DNA of 51,901 nucleotides. Source: Chiloscyllium plagiosum. Lineage: Eukaryota. Every line of letters starts with the position of its first letter. The stretch's first letter is position 1. The translations under genes and the position numbers were made by a program. Shown here in pieces: positions 24,795 to 36,508 of this stretch. The DNA lies in NCBI RefSeq assembly GCF_004010195.1, contig NC_057749.1, positions 25,912,033-25,963,933 on the forward strand. The letters are read 5' to 3'. The notes under the pieces are model-generated. The model saw only the letters and a list, made by a program, of their open reading frames with translations. It was not told where the DNA came from and searched no databases.

Positions 24795-26367
24795 GAACTG
24801 GTTTGAAATCTTTATACAAAAGTATACACAGAAAGGAGTTAGCAACACTGTTTCTTTCACCTCCCAATTTCATGTAGTATTTCAATATCAACAGATGAAA
24901 CATGAAAATGTAACAACTTTAACTTAATTAGCTAATTTTCTTATTACAAAAAGTCCATACAAAAACACTACAGTGTAGCTACACTACTTAATGCAATTTG
25001 TGCTATCAATGCCCCAATTTCTTAAGTCTGTACATCAGTAACAATTTAGATAAACATACTTGTCAAACTCATCATGAACACAAAGGTTTCTTTGGGCAGA
25101 GGACAGAATTTAAAAATACTTACTGCTAATTGTTTGTGGAATCACTGCCCCACAAAAAAAATGGTTTAAACTTGATTAAACGTTGAATCAAAAAAGGCCT
25201 CCTATATAGTGCTGGTCACCCATCTTTGATAAATACTTCAATAACAGAGGACCAACAAGCAGCACTGGTTCTGCATGGAACTGCTTCTGCTCACACCCAG
25301 GTTCTCACTTAGGAGATGAAAGCGGACAGTACACAGGTAGGAGGGAGGGAAGCAGTTAACAATTGTGCTGGTAGTATTGAAAGTTCTACACTAACTTTAT
25401 ATCTAAATCCAACTTGCATATTCAAATTGCTGAACTGAATTTGAATGGCTATCATACAAGAATAGACATTGTAAAAACACATACACAACGATTGCCAGTT
25501 TGTATTATGCACCATCTGTTAATTATAAATCATAGTCCAAGTTAGTCCTGAGTTAGCTCATTCTCATTGGGGATGTGGTTGACAGGTCCCCAAACGACCT
25601 CTAGCATTGGCTAGGGAATAGAACAAAAGATGATCCAGGCTTACAGCTTTCAAAGGTTTTCCAACAATTTCACTTAAGAAATGCTTGTAAAGGCACCCAG
25701 CAGCAATGGAATTGGATACGGTTGTAAGGCGCTCCATGCCAAACATCACATCAACTCTTGCTTCTGGCTGACACATGAAGAATCGCAGCAGAGCCAAAGA
25801 CTGACAGCTGCTAGCATACGTGGACAAAGGAATCAGCACAAGAACAGAAAATGGAGAGAACAGTGCAAAACAATTTCGCCTAAAAAAAATTGATACTTAG
25901 CTCAGAAATTACTGTAGGATGAGTGGAACATCACTGATTTTTGTTGAATGAAATAGTTTGGGACATAGAGACCTTTTATCTTTAGTTAACTTGACTAGGG
26001 AAACATTTGCATTGAATTCCATTCCAGCATTTTTAGAAGTTATTGACATCATAGTATTCAAAATATTTTCTAGCTTTGTAATGTGAACTGACAATGCTAC
26101 CTCTTGGCCGTGCTGCAATGCAAAAATCCTCACACAAATTGGTCTCTAATATTTTGCACTGTAATTTTGAAGGACCCTGCACTTAAATCTTAAGGAGAAT
26201 GTGGGAACTGCTGCAATCTTTTATTGCCCTGCTAAATAAACAAAATAATGAAGACCTGATGAATTACTTTCCTGGATGGCATATACAATTCTATTTTACT
26301 TTAGCCTGTGTAATTACCATTAGAGATATGGAAACAAAGAAGGTAGCACAGTGCTTAATTTTACAAG
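24795..26367 (-). other. Probable 3' UTR of the C15orf39-like gene
   Basis: AT-rich sequence after the stop. Candidate poly(A) signals on the minus strand: AATAAA (26220-26225), TATAAA (24811-24816, followed by a U/GU-rich element) and AATAAA (24171-24176). Confidence 0.45.
25540..25800 (+). mobile_element. Old SINE-like element, antisense within the putative 3' UTR; related copy at ~29295-29550
   Basis: ctgagttagctcattctca / ctcagttttccgatctcagct, and ggctgacacatgaagaat. Confidence 0.4.
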
Positions 26368-27371
26368 TCAGTCATCAACTCTTAGCCACCCTTTTTCATA
26401 ATCCTGCAAGAGTTCAAGGTAGTACTGCCAGTCAGGTTCAGTGTCATATTTAACCTCGTACACAGTTTGTAAAGGATTCTGGTGCTTTTCATGCACTCGA
26501 ACCACTACACCTTTATACCAGGATTCTGATTTATCCTTTTCCTCATACAGATGTCGTATACGTTTTCCCACTAAATTTGGGTATTTCTTGCCTTGGCGTT
26601 TTCTACAAGAAAGGGGTTTAGTTATTTTCTGATCCAGTCGTTGAGAAGTACGTGTTAATATAGGCTTTCTCGCAGCAACAATCGACTTCAGCACTAAATT
26701 TCTATGCAGAGCAGTTTGCCTCGGTTTCTGAAACTTTAACCGCACAATTGAGCCGCGAAGATGCAGAACTTTAGATGTGCTTCTAGTTGGCCTCAGTGCT
26801 CCATTATTCTTTTTATTTATTGGCATTTGAGATTTTTTGATCTTTCTACTGCAGGAAACGTTTGTCCCTTTATTGTCCTCATTAACAGTCACCCGATTTA
26901 GTCGAACCACCAAAGTAGTGCCCTTCCTTTCAAAGTTGCCTTTCATGAGAGCCTTTTCATTGTAAACTCCTCTTCTTTTCTGTAAATTTCTAGGTTCTGA
27001 CTGGGACACTTTGCTTGACCGTGCTGTACCAGCATCTTGATCAATCTGTGTGCAGGATTTCTTTTCTAAATGGTGTACAGATTTTGGCTTTATTGTCTGT
27101 ATAGATTGTGAACTATTGCTTGAATCAGTACATTTAGAGTTACAGTTTATGGACGATGTTGTAGCTCTGATCTTCCTCCGTCTTTTCTTAGGGTTTGCAT
27201 TATGTCTGGCTGTTGCGATTCCATTGTCAGGCTTCCCTATTGAGCAGGCAGTGTTTGCTACTGTTTCGTTTCTGATGTCTACAGAACTAGGCTCTGCGCA
27301 ATGATTTTCATTAGCATTCTTATCAGCTGGATTCAGAGTTGCTTCCTTCATGTTTTCATCACTTTGTTCAC
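26368..27371 (-). CDS. C15orf39: C15orf39-like protein, last coding exon; basic NLS-like stretches and C-terminal Spin/Ssty-like Tudor domain
   Basis: Acceptor ttttctttgcttttaaccaag|GTGAACAA at 27372/27371. Phase 1 matches the upstream donor (G+GT=Gly). Frame is open to TGA at 26368. Spliced CDS is 4482 nt, 1493 aa. Confidence 0.85.
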
Positions 27372-28335
27372 CTTGGTTAAAAGCAAAGAAAATTGCCCTG
27401 TTAATATTGCAAATACACAATGAAATGTTTAAGAAAGAAAACAAAAAAGTGCTACAGGATTCAAAACACTGGTTAACAGATACCTGCACTGGAGCATCTA
27501 GACCAACATGTGAAGGTAGATCTGCAAAAAATAAATTTATTTATAGTGATCTTTAACTATGAATGTAAGATTTAAGTCTAATATTCCAACTAGGTTGCTT
27601 CAATATTGTTTTCTAAGTATAAAATATTTTTAAGTATCAAATTGCTGGCCTATAACCAATATGACAGCTGTGTTTGACAAAATCTGATTTCTTTACCTGG
27701 CAGTAATAATCTCAATATCTGGCTTTCAATTTGAGGGACATAAAAACCTAGCAAATTCCAAACTGAATTTAGATTCAGGCTTGTATGCAAAGATGTAATA
27801 AAAGATTAAGACAGATATCCTCAAATCTTGACAAAAGGTTCTAGGATTCTCCAAAGTTTGCATCATATACTCATCACTGCAAGGTGTAAAAGCAGATTTC
27901 AAACTCAGCGTGCCAGCCCCAATTAATGACATTTGCTTCATGCAAAGGAAAGGTGAGTACATACAACCTTTTATTATCCCCATAGAGCAATTTTTGAAAA
28001 GAGAAACAAATGCACCCAATTTGTGACTAGGATGTCAAAACCTCAACCTGATAATCCAAATAGCAGGATGAGAGTTTGACATTAAACCATTATAAATGTA
28101 AACAATCCAAGACCAAGCTCCCAGTTTAGAACAATGTTTGCAGAAGATAAGAAATTTGCTATAAGAATAGTCTCATTCTTTGAATTACACAAGTCAATGC
28201 TCCTTGATATATCATCTCTTGTGAAGTGTGGCACTTTAGTGGAATGGGAATTTAAAAGTTGAGAGCCTAGATTAATTTGCCACACTGCATATTTACTTGG
28301 GTACTGAGGTCAAAGTACGTGCAATAATTAGTAAC

Positions 28336-28540
28336 AAGATCAGAACTTGCTGGAAAAACTCAGGTCTGGCAGCATCTGTGGGCAGAAATCAGAATTAATA
28401 TTTCGGGTCAAGTGAAGATTCTGAGGAAGGATCACTCGATCCAAAACATTAACTCTGGTTTCTCTCTACAGATGCTGCCAAACCTGCTGAGCTTTTCAGT
28501 TTCTGATTTACAGCATCTGCAGTTCTTTTGGTTTTTATTA
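28336..28540. mobile_element. Penelope-like inverted dimer (family C), 16-bp TSD
   Basis: TSD tgcaataattagtaac at 28320-28335 and 28541-28556; CTGAGGA (28421-28427)-a-ggatc-actc-gatcc-AAAA. Confidence 0.8.
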
Positions 28541-31206
28541 TGCAATAATTAGTAACTTAGTCTGACCATTTTTGCAGATACTTCAAGGTTACATATTTTA
28601 ATGTTGGTCACAAATGCAGCTCACTTTGATTCCAAAACTGAAGGAAGATTGCCATGCAGACATGAGAAATTATGTGTCAATATTATTTCGTTGGAAGTGC
28701 CCAATCATGGAAACTGTGTTCCAACGTAAAATCAGGACTGAAAAGAATAGGATGTGAAGCAGTTACAACACCAAAACCAACGGTTTATTTAATCAATTTC
28801 TACCAGCCAGGAAGTTGACAACATTAGGTCAGCTGCCAGTTTTACCTTTTCCATTGACTAGGTAAATTAGGAGGGTTGTAAAACGGATGTCTGACCTACT
28901 GCTGCTGACACTGGGCCTGGCAGGAATAGTTAAAGGTGACTTTTACCTTGCCTAGAAAAGCAATACACTGCTTAAGTCAGAGCCATCAGATAAATGTTAG
29001 CTGGTCATAAAGCAATGTAATTTACTGAACCTCCAGGGCAAGGTAGGAACTCCCAAATGAGATAATAATCCAGCTTTAAAAGACAAATGGCTTAAACAAA
29101 TAACCCCTACCCAGGAATCTACAGTATATTAGAATTTCCTGTTGGCAATGTTGTGTTGTACAAAATACAGCTGCAAAAGTTAGCTATAAAGAGTACAGAT
29201 GGAAGAATAGGTGTAAGCACCTTCCTCTGAAGGTTTTAATAAATGTTCATTGCTCCTTAATGACTCACTGGACAGCTCGATAGACCTAAATAGATCAAGA
29301 TGATCCTAGATTCAATTTCTGGTCTGAACTCAGTTTTCCGATCTCAGCTAGGACAGCAGCATTGTCAGCCTCAAGCTGCAGGCCTGGCAGGTTTCTGCTC
29401 CTGGTTGTTGCCCAATGTCTCTCTGCAAAGTAAACGTACGGATATTGGATGAGGGCTAAATAAGTCTTGGCAATGATCCAATCTTTGTCCCCAAAGCCCA
29501 TCTAGAATCTAAGATGGGCACTTGAGTGACTGCCATATAGCCAAGATGTTGAACTACCACAGACAGCTACAGAATTTTCCTATTAACAGTCACTGTCTTC
29601 AAAAAGAGGAAGGTAAACTAGAAGCCATATAAACCACATTGACAGAGACAAAACACCAGCTCCTATTTCACATTGACAGCAACTATAAAGTAATAAGGGC
29701 ATAATTACATTGTATAACGTTGAGAGATGAATGAAGAATACAGCAAAACGTAAAGCAGAATAAATGGTCACTAGCAGTGGGTAAGATTGGTGATGTAGGA
29801 GATAGTAGTCCAGCCTAATCAGTAATTTCTGGGCATCAAATACATCCAACACTCGATAAAGAATGAGTCTGTAAGAACTATGTAATGCATCTTGTATGAA
29901 GTGACTTGCTAGTTCCAATCCAATTTTTTTTAAAGAAACAGGCCCAGGGCATAAAATTACCCTTGAATGGCATCAAGAAACAAACTGAACAGAAGCTAAC
30001 TAGGGATTAGAGCATTGGATTGAATGTCAAGCCTAGAGGAAGAAATTAACTGGGAGCAGTGGGAAAGACAGATAGACATGCCACATTCAAAGAACAACAT
30101 AGAATCTGTAAACAAAGATAGCCTCTGATGGAAATCTTGACACTCTTAGACTAAGCCAGTAACAGGGCTGGCAATTTACAGTTCAATCAAGACAAGTGAG
30201 GGGAGGGAGGATGGCACATATCTGAGTGATATGACATGATAAATGTGGCCCAGAATAAAACTCACATTTCAGAGAAAAATGGCTGAGGGAACTCTTCAAA
30301 ACATGAAGTATTGGAAACTCTAAAATGTTATGGAGATAGTTCTCATTATTTACAGGAATTTGAAATTCACAAACTGCAGTAAATGAGGGATGAATGGAGT
30401 AAACTAAGTAAAAATCAAGCTGCTGGAGATTGCCAAAAGGAGCTGTCAAAATGCTACCTCAGAAGCCCAGATCAAGACAGCTATCACCATGGTGTGCAAA
30501 ACAAAAGTGTAAATGCTCACATCTCAATATTCTGCAACTCTTTGCCATTAGTCCAAGTCAGTTGGTTAGGATTTTACAAATAAGTTAAGAATTCTAAAGT
30601 GACTTTCTGGTGCATTATTTTCTTTCAATTCTTATAATTCTGTCAAACTTGTCATTTTTCTCTCAGATGCTGTTGACACTACAGGCATTTGAAGTCCCAA
30701 AGGCTGACAATTAATAGCACCTCAAGAATTAATAATCTGAAATATTACTGAGACACCTATAAATTGGCAAATGGATAAGATTGAGCAGATAGCTAAAGGA
30801 ATTATGTAGTTCTGTTTCAATGGAAGGTGACACCAGAAGGAACTGCACTATTGAGCCAGATGGAAAGCAAGTGCCTCACATGGACTTTAAGGTAATAAGT
30901 GGAATGGGGTACAGGGTAGAGAGGTTCTGATGTAAAAAGATAATATAGTTCAGTAACAGTAGAGGAACAGTCATGAAATTGAGCTTTAGGTATGCTGAGG
31001 TGGAATGTGATTAAGAAATATGGCATGAATATTAAATCTGAATAGCAGCACAACTAAGCTTCTTTATACCGTTGAAAAGAAAGGCATAGTACGACAGTCT
31101 TTATTGCAACATGACTAAGATAATCGGGACTTGAAGTCTACATGCACCAAGTTTTAAAAGACCCAGAAGGATTAGCAAAAAATGACTTTTTTAAAGATTT
31201 TTTTTT

Positions 31207-31489
31207 AAGATTACTTACAGTGTGGGAACAGGCCATTCGGCCCAACAAGTCCACACTGACCCTGAACAGCAACCCATCCAGACCCATTCCCCTACATTTA
31301 CCCTTCACCTAACACTACGGGCATTTTAGCATGGCCAATTCACCTAACCTGCACATTTTTGGACTCTGGGAGGAAACCCACATAGACATGGGGAGAATAT
31401 GCAAACTCCACACAGTCAGTTGCCTGAGGCAGGAATTGAACCCAGGTCTCTAGCGCTGTGAGGCAGCAGTGCTAACCATTGTGCCGTCC
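31207..31489 (-). mobile_element. HE1-type SINE
   Basis: Reverse complement of the 1291-1602 family. Confidence 0.85.
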
Positions 31490-33057
31490 TACTAAATAAT
31501 AAGTGAACATAATCAAAAGTAAGCAGGCAGTGAGTTATTTTACTGTAGAGAAAGGACGTACGAATGGAGTGAGTGTACAGCTTTGGGAGTGGCAAAGTGG
31601 TAAATTGTATAACTGCAAATATTAACCAGCTAGGTGGTTTTAATGGAGAATTTTCTCTTTTATATAAAGATTGGGACACAGGCTACTACACATAAGAAAA
31701 GCTGTGAATTTCTTGAGTATATCTAGAATGGTTTTCTGCAACAATCCATCTCAGTACTAACAGTCAGCGATTCAATTTTGAATCGACTAATGAACAACCT
31801 AACCATGCATGAACATCTACCTAATAGCAATCGTAATCCAACAGAGAATTCCAAAGAGGGGATCCACAAATCAGGGATGAGATTCTGGATTAACTAAGCT
31901 GAATCACTACACTGAAGCAGACAATAATCACAATGAACTAATGGATAAAACTGGTCAGTAGGAAATGTTCAAAAATATTATAGATACAGATCCAGCTTAT
32001 ACCACAAGGAACAACAGCACTACCTAGCAATAAAAAACATGGCTAAATGAGGCAACAAACAACAAGAACCCAAGTGTAAAAGCAGGAAAAAGATACACAA
32101 GAAAGTACCAATCCTGGCAAGTAGAAAGGATACAAAAACAGCTGGAAGCTAAAAATAAAACTTTGAAGCTTTGTAATAGATAACAAAAACGTAACTGTGC
32201 AAATATAAAAACTGAAGGGATGTCAGCAGCGATGTGAGTTGCTTGAAAGTTGATATTTGTCAAAGAAAATGGTGGGTATATTGATTAATTATTTTGCATC
32301 AGTATCTATAGTTGAAGAACAGGTCAACATGTCAGATAGCCAAATTAACATTTGAGAATCATCAAATGTTCATGTAAGGGTGAGGCACTAATGAAGAAAC
32401 TAGTGGAAGCTGTGCATATTTTACAGTTGGATGTTGGATAACAATTTCTGGTTTATATTGAAGACTCTGAACAAAACTCATACTCAATAGGAAAATAACT
32501 TTTAATTTAATTAAGCTGAGTAGAATGTGCACATAATAGAACAATCCTAATACATTTTCATGTATATCACACTGAACCGATTTGGATTTATGAGCTCAGC
32601 TCCCTAATCTTGACTGTTCTGGAATGTGAATGCCTCATTACCCTTAAAAAGCTAGGAAAACAAAGGCTGAAACTGAGATAGTAAGAAAGTTGGAAAATGT
32701 TCATACGTGACAGCGAGAGACAGGATAGAAACTGATGGAAAGGTGAACTCTTTGTGGCCTGATTTGAGCGTACACTTGATTGTCATGGATTGAATGTTTG
32801 TGTGTTGTTCACTGGAGCTCGAGATTCAGGAATGTTATGAATATAATTTGCATTTTGGTAATCTAAGGTGATTTTAAAAAAAGCCATGCTGTAGGACAAT
32901 GGTACTAGGTACTTTAGCTGAGCGAGGTTACTTCATGACCTTTTCCACATAGTTTAGACTAGTCCCTCGTTATGATGTACTGTTAAAAGGGAAGCTTATC
33001 TAGCCAAGGCAATTGGACTTTTGGCCTGGCTTGATCACTCTGATGTGCATGTAGCTT

Positions 33058-33152
33058 TATTCCTGATGAAGGGTTTTTGTTCGAAATGTCGATTTCGCTG
33101 CTCGTTGGATGCTGCCTGAATTGCTGTGCTCTTCCAGCACCACTGATCCAGA
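33058..33152 (+). mobile_element. Penelope-like short element (family A), 9-bp TSD
   Basis: CTGATGA (33063-33069)-a-gggt-tttt-gttc-GAAATGTC; TSD atgtagctt at 33049-33057 and 33153-33161. Confidence 0.8.
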
Positions 33153-33689
33153 ATGTAGCTTAATTAGTCAAGCATGCTCAGACCGATTTCTCTTCCTCTA
33201 CAAACATTTGCCACTTTATTACTGCTTACCTGATTAAGAACATGTGGCGCTTTTGAAATCTCAGTACAAATTTCTGTCTCAAGACAGCTTGTTTGCAGCA
33301 ATAAAGGGAGCACTCTTAGGGATAGGAGCTGGCGCTGCTACTCTGCTAATGGTTTTAAAACCTTAGCTCAAGCCTGGCTTGTAGGTATCTGTGTTATATT
33401 GTAACGCTGGGGCCATTGGCAAATAAAGGTAATAATTTAAACTAAACTGTCTGTAAGAGTTTTATATTCCAGACTACTACAGAGTATGATCTCCAGGACG
33501 AACCAAGAGAGAGGCTTACAGGTCCAGTCCATTAGGGATTCCCTGAGCTGTCTCGAATAGGTACTTTAACATCAATCCTGGGCTATTAAAGGAAATAGGT
33601 GAGAACACTGAAATATTATAGTTTACGAAGTTCTCTCAATTCAATAACTGTTCATTCGGATTGCAAAATTGCCTATGACATCATATTTA

Positions 33690-34360
33690 AGATACGTGAC
33701 AAAAGGAAACCAAGGTATCACTGCTCAGTTAACCTAATGTCAGTCATCTGGAAATCACCAGAGTCAAAACTAACAACAGGATTACTCAATATCTTAACTT
33801 TTAGTTGATCAAAAGAGTCCCGATTTTTTAAAAAGGTAGATCACATTTGACAAGTCTGACTGAATTGTTTAAATAGGTTACTAGAGAAGCAATGTTTTTG
33901 TATACAGTTCTGGAAGGCATCTGATACAGTCATCCAGAAGGCAATTGATCAGATGGATACCTGAATCCTAAGAATTCAGCAAAGAGGAGTGATCATGGAT
34001 GTACTACTGTTGAGTTTGTAAGATTATGATGGTCAAAATATTAAATGAAACAAGATAGCAAGCGAGGACTATTTCCATTGGTTAGGAAGTATAGAACTGT
34101 GAAGGGAATCTTTTAAAAAAAATTAAGAGCTAGATATTCCAGAAGTGAAATTAGTACAGGTTTAGAACTCACACAAATAGCATTCGATAACTCCAGCTGA
34201 AAATCAACAGAGGGATTGACAGCTTTCTGCTAGCTGAAGATATTAAGCAGATATGAGGCAAAAGTGAGTATAGTCATTAAAATTACAGATCAGCTATGAT
34301 CTAATGGAATGGTAGAACAGGGTTTGAGTGACTAAATAATCCACTCTGGTTCTTGCAAAC
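33690..34360 (+). mobile_element. Highly degenerate CR1 LINE fragments
   Basis: cagttaacctaatgtcagtc...ttgacaagtctgactgaattgttt (RT-like) and a 3' tail cagatcagctatgatctaatggaatgg. Confidence 0.5.
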
Positions 34361-34809
34361 ATTATTTAGACTGAACCACAAGTCAGCATGACAGAGACAG
34401 AGAGGGAGCACACAAAGAAAATTTGAAAATAAATAATAAAGGTAAACAAAACAAAAAGTTTACAACTATTATACACTATAATGCTGACAGCTAGCTCATA
34501 TATGCTACCAAAATCCTAGGAACAATCCTGCAGGTAGCTAAGTGGAGTTGGAAATTTCAAATTAACCTTCTTGAATACATCCAAGGTTGAGATGGGCAGA
34601 TGTTGGATCTCTCAGGAAATCAAAAAACGATTCGGAGAGCTGGTAGGCAAGTCTAAAGTTAACTATGATCATGCCAAATGGCGGACCAGGCTTGATATAC
34701 TGCATGATCCTCTCCTGATCCTACTTCTATGTTCTTTTTTTTAAAATATTTTCGATCATGGGATCTGGATGCCATTTACTGTTCATCTGATTGTGCTGGA
34801 GAAAGCATT

Positions 34810-35130
34810 AGAATCATAGAATCCTTACAGTGTGGAAACAGGACCTCTGAAGAGTAATCCACTCAGACCCACTCCCCCTACCTTATGTTTACTCCTGACG
34901 AATGCACTTAACCTACATATTCCTGAACACTACGGGGAATTTAGCGCAGCCAATTGACCTAACTGCACATTTTTGGATTGTGGGAGGAAACCGGAGCACC
35001 CAGAGGAAACCTACACAGACACAGGGAGAATGCGCAAACTCGGCACAGACAGTTGCCCTAGGTTGGAATCGAACCCAGGTCCCTGGTGCTGTGAGGCAGC
35101 AGTGCTAACTGCTGAGCCACTGTGCTGCCC
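34810..35130 (-). mobile_element. HE1-type SINE inserted into an older LINE tail
   Basis: agaatcatagaatccttacagtgtggaaacagg...gctgagccactgtgctgccc. Confidence 0.85.
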
Positions 35131-36508
35131 ATTGGCGAGCTGCCATCTTGAACAACTGCAATCTTTTGTGTAAAGACAGCCACAATGCTCTTCAGAAGGA
35201 AGTTCCAGGGTTTTGGCCCAGCAATTATATAGTCAGCAAATTGTAGTCATTTTGAGAACTTGAAAAAGTAACTTACAAAGTATAATGTTTTGAAATGATG
35301 TAGCACTTTTTCTTAAAGAAATAATATTCACCTTGGTAACACAAAACTGAAACATTCACCATTCTTAGAGACAACTCTACTCACAACATTAACTTTCTAC
35401 TCTCAAAGGACTAGCCCATCAAAGTTTTGGTAGCACTTAGTGAGCCATTGTTTTACTGGGCAAAACAAAAATGATGGTACAGCACCAGCAGTTTGGAATA
35501 CTGCATAAAGGAAAAAAAGCAGTTGTAGGGAAATGTCTCTTCATCACTATAGAATGTGCTATATATCCAAAGAAGCACTAGCTCCTTCCTATGTCCTCTA
35601 CCCAAATGCTGCCCAGTGAACAAAAGAGTAAATTGAATCACTGGAGGATGGTATTCACTCACACTCAGGTCCTTAAAAACTTAATCAGGCCATCACATTG
35701 AAATGTGCACTTCTTTCCAAACTGCAACTCATGACCAAACGTGTTTTATTTTGGAAAAGTAAACATCAAAGTGGTCACCCAATTCAAAGACAACCTGTAA
35801 TGTAAACAATTATACATTCTTTCCCATCCATAAAAAAAATTAACATTATTGTTTTTTGCTTAAAACATGAAAGCCCAGTCTTTTCAAATCAAAAGGAATT
35901 AAAGTAGGAACAAATATTTTAAACAGGGACAATTTAATACTGTCTGTTCAAAAGTAACCTGCACCACAGTTATAAGACAAGCTTTTACAACATATGGGTT
36001 TATGTGGAAAACTTCTACATGGGATATTTTTCAGAAGGCTGGTCAGTTCCAGTTTCCAAGTTAACTGTTTGACGGCTGTTATAGTATTTCTGCACCAAAA
36101 GAAAAGTAACAAGATTAGTTTATCATTAGTGATGACAGGTTTAATAAACTTATTCTAGAAGATGTAATATTAGTATTTTTAATCAGGAAAAAATAGGAAA
36201 TGTGCACTTTGCAATAATGTGCAGTATGCAGAGTTAACAAGTTTATTCTTACAAAGGCAAATAACTGGACATTTGGGAAGTGTGATGAAAAATGACAGGC
36301 AAGTTTAATAGCTGGTTTAGAAGTGATATTAAGATGCTGGGCTATAATTATGTAAAGAGATAGATTGTTCATTAATGTGAAAAAACCCTTATTTTAGCAC
36401 ATGGAGTTTTCAAAAATCTTCAAGTTACAAAGAATAAGGTCATTGCTTAAGATTAGACGGCCCTTAAGAACTTTTTTTTTGCACACATTAGAGTTTAAAC
36501 ATACTCAC

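Larger units (their letters stand above)
27372..36508 (-). other. GT-AG intron (9137 bp) between the two coding exons
   Basis: Phase-compatible donor and acceptor. Filled with SINE/LINE fragments. No convincing internal coding exon seen. Confidence 0.75.

Noticed and set aside
27372..27489. N-terminal 39 aa of the 373-aa ORF as an independent gene start
   Set aside because: The start is GTG and the segment runs through the polypyrimidine tract. It is intron sequence ahead of a phase-matched acceptor.
36495..36508. Stop of the 1163-aa ORF as the main protein end
   Set aside because: A consensus GTGAGT donor precedes it and matches the downstream exon phase.
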